Source of the DNA: Bacilli bacterium | GTDB taxonomy: Bacteria; Bacillota_I; Bacilli_A; ML615J-28; CAG-698 | Assembly: GCA_050953065.1 (NCBI GenBank) | Contig: JBMNLZ010000003.1 | Location: 480,001 to 544,000 of the forward strand | Reading direction: 5' to 3' | Length of the DNA: 64,000 nucleotides | Shown: positions 18,391-27,666 of the stretch, piece by piece | Layout of the letters: each line of letters begins with the position of its first letter | Numbering within the stretch: position 1 is the stretch's first letter | Position numbers and translations under genes: made by a program | The notes under the pieces: model-generated | What the model was told of the DNA's origin: nothing | Databases searched by the model: none | What the model saw: only the letters and a program-made list of their open reading frames with translations

Positions 18391-21300
18391 TATTAAACTC
18401 CTATAAAGGAATAATATTCACGCTGTAGAAGTTAGCAAAATTAAAGGTGACATCTAGTTACAACTCCTATAAAGGAATAATATTCACATAGAGAAAGTGT
18501 CAAAGTATTGGTGGACACTCTGTTACAACTCCTATAAAGGAATAATATTCACGATTATGAAAATTGAAAAAAATGGAAAGGAGTTAGAGTTACAACTCCT
18601 ATAAAGGAATAATATTCACGAACTAGTGAATGGTCAGTGGAAGTTGACTACTATGTTACAACTCCTATAAAGGAATAATATTCACGGTATGAATTCCCTG
18701 ATAAGACTTCAGGACCTAGAGTGTTACAACTCCTATAAAGGAATAATATTCACAAGAAGCTAAGAAAGTTAAAGAAGCTGAGACTTTGTTACAACTCCTA
18801 TAAAGGAATAATATTCACGAATTAACTGAACTATATAATGATAATCTAGATTTGTTACAACTCCTATAAAGGAATAATATTCACAGGGAATCCGTTTACA
18901 ATGGCCACTGAGAAAGACCGGTTACAACTCCTATAAAGGAATAATATTCACAAAATGTAGTAGAAAGTACTGCTGAAACAGTTATGGGTTACAACTCCTA
19001 TAAAGGAATAATATTCACAAGTATTGGTAGACACTCTTACTGGAGCCATCCAGTTACAACTCCTATAAAGGAATAATATTCACGATAAGTGTGGCCAAAC
19101 TCTTCCGAAAGACCAAATGTTACAACTCCTATAAAGGAATAATATTCACTCATAAAGGAGTTCCCGCAGAGAAACTTCTTATCAGTTACAACTCCTATAA
19201 AGGAATAATATTCACGAAAACAGCAAGAATAGTGCTGTAAGGGCTGCTATGTTACAACTCCTATAAAGGAATAATATTCACATTCATACGTTTTTTAAAA
19301 ATAATTATTCTCTAGGTTACAACTCCTATAAAGGAATAATATTCACAAGTTTAAAGCTGGAGAAAAAACTATCAGTTATTACGTTACAACTCCTATAAAG
19401 GAATAATATTCACTGGGTAATGGACACTCATAATTGTGAAGTGATAAAAGTTACAACTCCTATAAAGGAATAATATTCACAAGATGAAAAATTCTGGGTT
19501 TGTCGCATTGACAAGTTACAACTCCTATAAAGGAATAATATTCACAAGTGAAAATAAATATAAATATTTCTTGACTTTAAGTTACAACTCCTATAAAGGA
19601 ATAATATTCACATTTTTATGAGAAGAGTAAAGATAAGTATCATATGTTACAACTCCTATAAAGGAATAATATTCACTCAACCGAAAGGTTGATTTTTTGT
19701 TTAAAAAAATGTTACAACTCCTATAAAGGAATAATATTCACAAGCTACTACGTAATATGGTGAATGACCTCTTACGTTACAACTCCTATAAAGGAATAAT
19801 ATTCACGTTACAACATTTGAATATTTTTTCAATGTATTTATGTTACAACTCCTATAAAGGAATAATATTCACAAAGACAAAGTAGCGATATTATATATGA
19901 TAATTAGTTACAACTCCTATAAAGGAATAATATTCACAAATGAAAAAAATTACTAAAGAAGTGTTAGAAAGTTACAACTCCTATAAAGGAATAATATTCA
20001 CATTTGAATATGTTAAGAAACCGATTAACATTTAAGTTACAACTCCTATAAAGGAATAATATTCACATTTAAAAATAAGAAGAAAAGGAGTTATCATGAA
20101 AAGTTACAACTCCTATAAAGGAATAATATTCACCTAGAATCGCTGAAATGGAAGCTCAATTAGCTCTAGTTACAACTCCTATAAAGGAATAATATTCACA
20201 TAGAATAAAGTTTTTAAATAATAAACAATATCAAGTTACAACTCCTATAAAGGAATAATATTCACTTGTAGCCGAAAAAAGAGTTCCATCAGAAGCTGAG
20301 TTACAACTCCTATAAAGGAATAATATTCACGATTTTGATTTAAACAAAAAAATTGAAATTGAGACAGTTACAACTCCTATAAAGGAATAATATTCACTCG
20401 CACCATCTACCACAAGAGAAGTTTTCATCAGAGTTACAACTCCTATAAAGGAATAATATTCACGTAGTAAAAGGGGGGCGCTAGTTTGAAATCTTTAGTT
20501 ACAACTCCTATAAAGGAATAATATTCACAGACTAAAAACGGAAAGGATTGGCGAACAAGTATTGTTACAACTCCTATAAAGGAATAATATTCACAATAGA
20601 AAATGCACTTTAAAAAAAAGAGTTGAAAAGTTACAACTCCTATAAAGGAATAATATTCACAATTTTAAAACTGTTTATAAACCTAGTTCTATAAAGAGTT
20701 ACAACTCCTATAAAGGAATAATATTCACTATAATGATAGTATTTGGTTTAATAGGCTTTATTGTTACAACTCCTATAAAGGAATAATATTCACGTTTATT
20801 TTTGTACATATACTATTAATGATGAATTTATGTTACAACTCCTATAAAGGAATAATATTCACAAGAAATGAATAAAAATAACGAACTAAACAAAAGACAG
20901 TTACAACTCCTATAAAGGAATAATATTCACAGTAAAGGAAATAGTTATATTTTAAGTGATGGACTTTGTTACAACTCCTATAAAGGAATAATATTCACGG
21001 TTTATTAGGAGATAGCAACTAAGTGGGCGGTAGTTACAACTCCTATAAAGGAATAATATTCACAAAAAACGGGTGAGATATTAAATATTCATGAAGTTTA
21101 GTTACAACTCCTATAAAGGAATAATATTCACAGTTAGTCAAAAAAGTTAGGGGGTGAAAAAGAATGTTACAACTCCTATAAAGGAATAATATTCACATGA
21201 GTATGAATGAATTTGAAGTAGGCGAAGTTGTAGTTACAACTCCTATAAAGGAATAATATTCACATAGTGTCATCAAGTTTTAATTCTCTTGCACGTAGTT

Positions 21301-21724
21301 ACAACTCCTATAAAGGAATAATATTCACAGTTAGGAGTTGAAGAAATAAATGGGAAAACCATGTTACAACTCCTATAAAGGAATAATATTCACATGATGG
21401 AACAGACAACAAATAAATTCATTCCAAGTTACAACTCCTATAAAGGAATAATATTCACTTAACTAAGTCTGTGCCAAATAGTATGCCAACATCAGTTACA
21501 ACTCCTATAAAGGAATAATATTCACATATTTATGTATTATATAATAGAGTTAGTCAAAAAAGTTACAACTCCTATAAAGGAATAATATTCACACAGTGTA
21601 AGCGCTGGAATAGATGTAACTATTAAGTTACAACTCCTATAAAGGAATAATATTCACTTGAAAAAGTAGATAAAAACGGGAAAATTTATCAAAGTTACAA
21701 CTCCTATAAAGGAATAATATTCAC
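18391..21724 (-). CRISPR. CRISPR array: 51 repeats (31 bp; transcribed form GTGAATATTATTCCTTTATAGGAGTTGTAAC) and 50 spacers of about 33-38 bp
   Basis: Repeats counted by eye. The degenerate repeat at 18391-18421 marks the trailer and the AT-rich leader lies next to cas2, so transcription is from the minus strand. Confidence 0.98.
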
Positions 21725-21885
21725 AGCTCAAAAATATATTCATTCATATTTTTGGATGTGTTTATTTCTATTTTTATAATTTTCTTATATTTTTTTAAAA
21801 AAACAATTATTTTTTTATCGACCATCGACTTTTTTAAATCGTTTTTTACAGTAAAATTTACTGAGTTTTAATCGATGGTCGAAAA
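21725..21885 (-). promoter_or_regulatory. CRISPR leader with 11-bp inverted repeat TCGACCATCGA/TCGATGGTCGA
   Basis: AT-rich region between cas2 and the first repeat. IR arms at 21818-21828 and 21872-21882. Confidence 0.8.
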
Positions 21886-22146
21886 TTATATAACAATTTC
21901 TTGCTTTCTTTCTTTTCCAATATAGTTTTTTACTAAATATTTATCTGAAAGCATTTCATATATTACGATACTATCATAATCTTTATCAGTAACATTATCT
22001 AATTCTATTTTTAAATCTCTTAACTGTTTATAAGTTAGATTCCCTTCAAATACAGATTCTTGAAGATGATATAAATAACGCCTTAATATCTTCATCACTT
22101 TTACACATCTTTTAGCTTCTACATCATATGATATTATTACATACAT
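21886..22146 (-). CDS. cas2: CRISPR-associated endonuclease Cas2
   Basis: MYVIISYDV...YLYHLQESVFEG...DSIVIY motifs. Confidence 0.95.
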   Translation of the reverse strand: MYVIISYDVEAKRCVKVMKILRRYLYHLQESVFEGNLTYKQLRDLKIELDNVTDKDYDSIVIYEMLSDKYLVKNYIGKERKQEIVI

Positions 22147-22147
22147 A

Positions 22148-23146
22148 TTACCACCCCATTTTAAAGCCTACATATCGTTCTTTTTCTTTAATATGATTTG
22201 ATAATTTATGTATCTCTTTACTTATAATTTGATTATATGATAAATTGTTTTTTGATAAATTTGTTTTAATAGTTGATTTTAAATTGTTTTCTATTTCTTC
22301 AATAAAGATTTTAGCTCCTTCTTTATTTAAATAAATACCCTCTTTGTATTCAAAAAAATGTGTTTTTAGAATTTGTTTTTTATTTATCATTCTAAAAATA
22401 AGTCTATCAATTAGCACAGGTTTAAAGATATCTGCAATATCGAATTGCAAGCCTTCTTTTCTTCTTGCATTACTATGAATAAAAGGGAAAGAAATATGCA
22501 AACTAGAACGATGAATTTTGTTAGCTATTAAAGAATATAACAGAGCATAACCATAACTCATCAAAGCATTTACTTCATCCTTAGGAGGATTTTTAGTTCT
22601 TTTTAAAAAACTAAATTCATTGTTTCTAATAATTTCAGAAAAAGAACTATAATATATTTGTTTGGCTTTAGCCTCATAAATCATTAGTTCATCATATTTT
22701 TTAAGTTCACATTTTTTTATGTTTTTTAAGACTTCACTTAATTCATTTATTTCAGAATTTAAAATAGCATATTTTTTATGATAATATTTTAAAAGAGCTA
22801 AGCAATTATAAATTGAAGAATATGTAATCTCTTTTGCAACATAATTTCTTTTAATATCATCATTTAAACACATTACTTGCTTAACAATTACCTTTCCAAA
22901 CTTTGGAAAGTTTGGAATAAAACTTCCTAAATATTTACCATAATATGAAAAGAAATTAACACTAATATAATTATCATTTAAAATAGAAATCGTATTTTTA
23001 TTTAAAGTTATTTGTGAGAAAGCATTAATTTGTTCAATTTGATTTACAGGTAAATACGTTTTATTGTTTTTAGAATCAATTAATACAAGACTATTGTCTT
23101 GTCTTAATAGTTCACCATGAGAATATAAATAATATCTATTCTTCAT
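22148..23146 (-). CDS. cas1: CRISPR integrase Cas1 (type I-B-like)
   Basis: GELLRQDNSL, FFSYYGKYLGSF, RTKNPPKDEVNALMSYGYALLY and FDIADIFKPVLIDR motifs. Start placed at the ATG at 23146. Confidence 0.95.
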   Translation of the reverse strand: MKNRYYLYSHGELLRQDNSLVLIDSKNNKTYLPVNQIEQINAFSQITLNKNTISILNDNYISVNFFSYYGKYLGSFIPNFPKFGKVIVKQVMCLNDDIKRNYVAKEITYSSIYNCLALLKYYHKKYAILNSEINELSEVLKNIKKCELKKYDELMIYEAKAKQIYYSSFSEIIRNNEFSFLKRTKNPPKDEVNALMSYGYALLYSLIANKIHRSSLHISFPFIHSNARRKEGLQFDIADIFKPVLIDRLIFRMINKKQILKTHFFEYKEGIYLNKEGAKIFIEEIENNLKSTIKTNLSKNNLSYNQIISKEIHKLSNHIKEKERYVGFKMGW

Positions 23147-23855
23147 ACTTAAGCATACCAAACCCCATTGAATTTTTAGATCCAATCCCTGTATTAAGAA
23201 TAATATTTAAAATAGCTTGATCTAGATTTTCAAAGGTAATACTTATATCATATGCTTTAATGAAACTCTTTTTAAAATGCATTAGTCTACTCTTTTTTTC
23301 AATAATTTCAGGAATTAAAAATAGAGGGCATTCTCTATCAAAAGTTAATGCATATTTCTTTTTAATATTATTAATTATAGAATTTTTAAATTTTTCATCA
23401 TTTGGACTAAAGTAATTAGTTCTTTTTTCATCTTCTTCATAGCAAGTAACTGGTGAAATACTACTAAAAGTCATTTTCTCTTTTATAGGGAAAAAATCTT
23501 TCAAATTATCATAACCATTGTGTTCAACAATGTTTTTACCAATTTGAACAAATTGGTTCATGCTTAAAAATTCTGAAACCTTTATAGCTATATCCTCATC
23601 CATACACGCTAAATCAAAATAAGCATTTGAAAGAAATGTAATTTCTTTGGAACTAGCTAAATATTTAAATTCCCCAAACAAATCACTAATTGTAAACATT
23701 TTAAATTTTCTATTTTCAAACCTATTACCTTCATTATGCAATTGCTTAAATTTTTCATCACTGCCAAGCATTGTATAAACCAAACTTTGAATATAGTGTT
23801 TATAATTAATAGGAATTGTTTTTCCCTTTAAAGCTAATTTAATTCTTACTCTCAA
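23136..23855 (-). CDS. cas6: CRISPR pre-crRNA endoribonuclease Cas6
   Basis: PINYKHYIQSLVY, LHNEG..RKFKMFT and GIGSKNSMGFG motifs. TTG start at 23855 after GGAGGT. Confidence 0.92.
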   Translation of the reverse strand: MRVRIKLALKGKTIPINYKHYIQSLVYTMLGSDEKFKQLHNEGNRFENRKFKMFTISDLFGEFKYLASSKEITFLSNAYFDLACMDEDIAIKVSEFLSMNQFVQIGKNIVEHNGYDNLKDFFPIKEKMTFSSISPVTCYEEDEKRTNYFSPNDEKFKNSIINNIKKKYALTFDRECPLFLIPEIIEKKSRLMHFKKSFIKAYDISITFENLDQAILNIILNTGIGSKNSMGFGMLKYEE

Positions 23856-24534
23856 TAGCTCTACCTCCACCTATAAAATTAGTCTTCCCAAGACCAATTT
23901 CAAAAAAAACTCTATTTATATTCTTTACTTCAAACTCACCAATTAAACCACTTAAATTAAACAATTTATCATTAAATCTATATCTAAATTCATCATAGAT
24001 TTTCTTTTCATTTAGACATTTTAAAGAAATGTCTAAAGAAAAATCACAATTATAATTTTTATTGTAATATTCTAATTGTTTAATTATATTTTCACATTCA
24101 ACAATCGGAGTTATAATTCTAATCTTCCCAGAATAATTATCTTTAGAAATAACTTCTTTTTTATGTTCTAATAATTGATAAAAATATTCGAAGAAATAAT
24201 TACTTTCAAAAAAACTAATTATATAATCTTCATATTTTACTAATTCTTTAAATAAGAAAATATTTATAGTGATAATCTCACCTTGTGAGATTTCTTTTTT
24301 TTCAACAAAATTTCTTTCAATCATTAGTCCTGGATAACTTGTAAAATTTTCTCCACTTATATGATAATAAATACAAGAAGGAGCCAGTTTACAATCAATA
24401 CAATTACCATCAATATTAATACACGTTAATCTTTTAATTTTTTTTATAATTTCATGATAGATTAAATATTTATAGTCTTTATTAAAACTAGCTCCAAAAG
24501 GAAACTTTAAAGTAAATTGATGTTTTATAACCAT
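23839..24534 (-). CDS. Second, divergent Cas6-like RAMP with a Cys cluster
   Basis: N-terminal CINIDGNCIDCKLAPSCIY and C-terminal Gly-rich loop GLGKTNFIGGG. Confidence 0.7.
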   Translation of the reverse strand: MVIKHQFTLKFPFGASFNKDYKYLIYHEIIKKIKRLTCINIDGNCIDCKLAPSCIYYHISGENFTSYPGLMIERNFVEKKEISQGEIITINIFLFKELVKYEDYIISFFESNYFFEYFYQLLEHKKEVISKDNYSGKIRIITPIVECENIIKQLEYYNKNYNCDFSLDISLKCLNEKKIYDEFRYRFNDKLFNLSGLIGEFEVKNINRVFFEIGLGKTNFIGGGRAIESKN

Positions 24535-25640
24535 TCTATTTCAACAAATCCTGGGATTTCTTCATAGTTTTCAAATTCTGCACTTGAAACAATATTCATA
24601 GAACCAATTACATATGGTTTAGCAATATCTTTAGCTTTTTTTGGATCTTTACCAGGATTAAAAAAATCATAAAATCTTGTTCTATAGAAGTTTTCATCAA
24701 AAGCATGACCTGCTGATTTAACTATATAATTAGTATTCTTACCTAATTGCATAATTATTTTATTATTTTCTAACTTATTTCTTAGATCAGCAATTTGATT
24801 TAAAGCAGATTTTTTATCAAAGTCTTTTTCATAAGGAATGTTTTTTATGAATGCTTCTTCATACTTCAAAGCATTTAAAACAAAATCTTTATTCATCTTT
24901 TGAAAAAGATTTTTTATATTAACAATTCTATTTGATATTTCTTTATATATAACATATGAAATATTGTTTTTAAATTCAACTTTTGGATTTAATGCTAAAT
25001 TATTTATTAAGATAAATTCATCTTTTTTAAAAGTGTCTTTTTGTATACATTCATAAACTACTGGCATTGGACCTTTTTTTGAAATTCTTGAAATTAAAAC
25101 TACAATTGGTTCATCATCAAATACTACATCCCTACAAATTAATTTTTGATTGCTCAATGTGAATACTTCTCTTTCAACTCTTTCAACTTCTCTTTTATTT
25201 GAAAGATTTGCTTTATACCAATTTCTAATTTCACTATTATTTTTAATAACATCAAACATAATAACATTGATTATATAGCCCTTTAAAGATGAACCTGGTA
25301 TCATCAGTTTTGAATTTGTTTTTATATTTTCATATATATCCAACTGATTAATTTTAGGGCAAGCCATCTTTATTTGATATTCAAAATCAATAGTTTCTAA
25401 TTCTTTAGTAGTCGGAGAAAACAACTCCGCCAATTGTTTTTTAGCTTCTCCTGATGCACTAGCATTAGTTGTTGATAACATTTTTAAAAACTCATTTGAT
25501 AATAAAGTGCTTTTATTTTTTTTGAAAGCTAATTCTAAAATTTTTTCAAATTCATATTTTTTATTTGCTTGAATTAAATAATTAGGATATTTCAATCCAT
25601 TACCAATATGAAGAGGTGATATTATTTTTATATTTTGCAT
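24525..25640 (-). CDS. csm5: Type III-A RAMP Csm5
   Basis: IISPLHIGNG and IPGSSLKG motifs, and gene position. Confidence 0.88.
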   Translation of the reverse strand: MQNIKIISPLHIGNGLKYPNYLIQANKKYEFEKILELAFKKNKSTLLSNEFLKMLSTTNASASGEAKKQLAELFSPTTKELETIDFEYQIKMACPKINQLDIYENIKTNSKLMIPGSSLKGYIINVIMFDVIKNNSEIRNWYKANLSNKREVERVEREVFTLSNQKLICRDVVFDDEPIVVLISRISKKGPMPVVYECIQKDTFKKDEFILINNLALNPKVEFKNNISYVIYKEISNRIVNIKNLFQKMNKDFVLNALKYEEAFIKNIPYEKDFDKKSALNQIADLRNKLENNKIIMQLGKNTNYIVKSAGHAFDENFYRTRFYDFFNPGKDPKKAKDIAKPYVIGSMNIVSSAEFENYEEIPGFVEIEWL

Positions 25641-25649
25641 AAAAACCTC

Positions 25650-26597
25650 CTATACCAAAAAGCCTAAGCCGTTATGATAAACTATAAATTTTTCTCCATT
25701 TTCAGGAACTAAAGAACCAACAACATCTTTAGTTGTTTTAAAAACACTTCCTTCAGTCATACAAGTAATTTCTTTTTTATAGACTCTTTGGCTTGTTAAA
25801 TCAAATTTATTATTTAAAACTGCAATTTTGTAATATGACAAATCATAATCAATATCATTATTATTTAAAACTGTTTTTGACAATAATACTTTTTTCTCAT
25901 TGCTAGAGTTAAAGAATACTTCTTTAAACTCTAAAAATTTAAATAAGTTAATGCCAATTGAACGTTTTCCACCAATTGAAAGATATTCAAATTTTTTCAA
26001 ACTTTCAACAACATCTTTTAAAATCTCATCATTTTCTACTTTTAAATAACAATCAAAGCAGACTTCTTTTTCTAAATAGGTTACCCTATTATAAAACAAA
26101 TTTGTATCATCATTATAATTAACTTTATTTCTAGTTCTTACGATTGATTTATAAGGAGCATCGTATGAAAAACTATCCTTTTCTTCCTTTTTAATCAATA
26201 ATGTATTATCTTGAATTAAAAGATATTCTTGGTTGATAATTTTTTGATTATATGTTTTATTAAATTCAAGATAATTTTTTTGATAATCTTCAAAGATTCC
26301 TTTAGAAACAAACTTAATTTTTTTAGCTTTTTTGATTCTTTTAAAATCATCTAATTTAGCATCGCTTGCTAAATTATCTGGATTTATATCTAAAGGAAAT
26401 GGTAGCGTATTTTCAAAAAAGAATGAAGAAACCAAAAACTGATATTTTTGATTGTTCAAATTATCTAAATAATTTTCCAATTCTTCTTTTCCTAAATTAC
26501 TTTTTAAAGCCATAGCCAAGGCTCCAAAAAAGTTTTGTGAGTCAGGAATAGAAGTAATTGGACCACAATTAATAAACTTTAGTTTATAAATTTTCAT
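25650..26597 (-). CDS. csm4: Type III-A RAMP Csm4
   Basis: PDSQNFFGAL, VSSFF, IGGKRSIG and EGSVF motifs. Confidence 0.9.
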   Translation of the reverse strand: MKIYKLKFINCGPITSIPDSQNFFGALAMALKSNLGKEELENYLDNLNNQKYQFLVSSFFFENTLPFPLDINPDNLASDAKLDDFKRIKKAKKIKFVSKGIFEDYQKNYLEFNKTYNQKIINQEYLLIQDNTLLIKKEEKDSFSYDAPYKSIVRTRNKVNYNDDTNLFYNRVTYLEKEVCFDCYLKVENDEILKDVVESLKKFEYLSIGGKRSIGINLFKFLEFKEVFFNSSNEKKVLLSKTVLNNNDIDYDLSYYKIAVLNNKFDLTSQRVYKKEITCMTEGSVFKTTKDVVGSLVPENGEKFIVYHNGLGFLV

Positions 26598-26598
26598 A

Positions 26599-27186
26599 TT
26601 ATAATTCTCTTTCGTTTTTTATAACAACTGCTACCTTACCATATCCTCTTGTACCACTACCACCTAAATAATTTAGTTCTAATAGGTCAAAGCCCTTTTT
26701 AAGACTTTTAGCCATTCCCGTAATATCTTCGTTGTCATATGCATTAATAACTATTTCACTTTCAAAAGAAATTCCCGCTGGGACTCTTTCTGAAATTCTT
26801 GGATTAGCTGCTTTGCCTGTTTTTTTATCAATACTGTTTTCAGTTTTAGCTTCAGTAAATACATTTTTACCTAAAGAATTTTCTAAAGTTTCAATTGATT
26901 CATTAGTTAAATTCATATCTCTAAAAATTACTCTTGAAGGAGCATTTTCATCTGGTTCAAAAATTTTCATATTAGGATCATTATTTAATTCTAAAAGACT
27001 TCTAATTTTGCCTTTAAGGCTGCTGCCTGGAATAATTGGTTGATTATTTAATGGATTCTTAATAACAGGATTATCAATCCCACCAATTCCATAAATTTCT
27101 TTTGAACCACCTATATGAATACCAGTTAATATTTTTAACTCAATTTCCCACACTAATCTTTTTGTTATTCTAATATCTTTACTCAT
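26599..27186 (-). CDS. csm3: Type III-A backbone RNase Csm3
   Basis: TGIHIGG..GGIDNPVIKNP (catalytic Asp present), IPGSSLKGKIRSLLE and YLGGSGTRGYG motifs. Confidence 0.95.
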   Translation of the reverse strand: MSKDIRITKRLVWEIELKILTGIHIGGSKEIYGIGGIDNPVIKNPLNNQPIIPGSSLKGKIRSLLELNNDPNMKIFEPDENAPSRVIFRDMNLTNESIETLENSLGKNVFTEAKTENSIDKKTGKAANPRISERVPAGISFESEIVINAYDNEDITGMAKSLKKGFDLLELNYLGGSGTRGYGKVAVVIKNEREL

Positions 27187-27199
27187 TTTTTCCTCCTAT

Positions 27200-27661
27200 T
27201 TATTTTTTAAGATAAGCTACTATACTTTCAAAAAATTTTGAAAAAGTATAAATATCTTTATCAGATTTTAATTTATCATTATTAATACAAACTTTCATTA
27301 ATTCAAAAAAATCTTTTTCAACTAATTCTCGACCTACTGCATAAGCTACTAGTGGTAAAATCATAAACATTTTTTCTAAACCTTTTTCAAAACCATCAGT
27401 TTTAGTTAATTCTTCTGCTTCTTTTACCATAGAATAAATTTTTCTAATTTGATTAGATTTAGTTGATTTAAATCCATTAGCGATTTTATAAGCTTTACCT
27501 TCAGGTAAATACAAATCTTCCTTTGTTAAATATTTAAATAAAGTAAAGTTAGCATTTTTAATTTCTCTAGAAATTACAACAACTTCACTTTCTTGAAAAT
27601 CTCTTCTTTGTTGAAAAGTGTTTTGATTATAATTTCTATTACCATAATTATTTTTATTCAT
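27200..27661 (-). CDS. csm2: Type III-A small subunit Csm2
   Basis: SNQIRKIY, VAYAVGR and FFESIVAY motifs. Confidence 0.9.
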   Translation of the reverse strand: MNKNNYGNRNYNQNTFQQRRDFQESEVVVISREIKNANFTLFKYLTKEDLYLPEGKAYKIANGFKSTKSNQIRKIYSMVKEAEELTKTDGFEKGLEKMFMILPLVAYAVGRELVEKDFFELMKVCINNDKLKSDKDIYTFSKFFESIVAYLKK

Positions 27662-27666
27662 AATTT

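Noticed and set aside
18422-21693. Self-targeting spacers within the window
   Set aside because: No match was found by eye. A proper alignment was not possible, so this is unproven rather than excluded.
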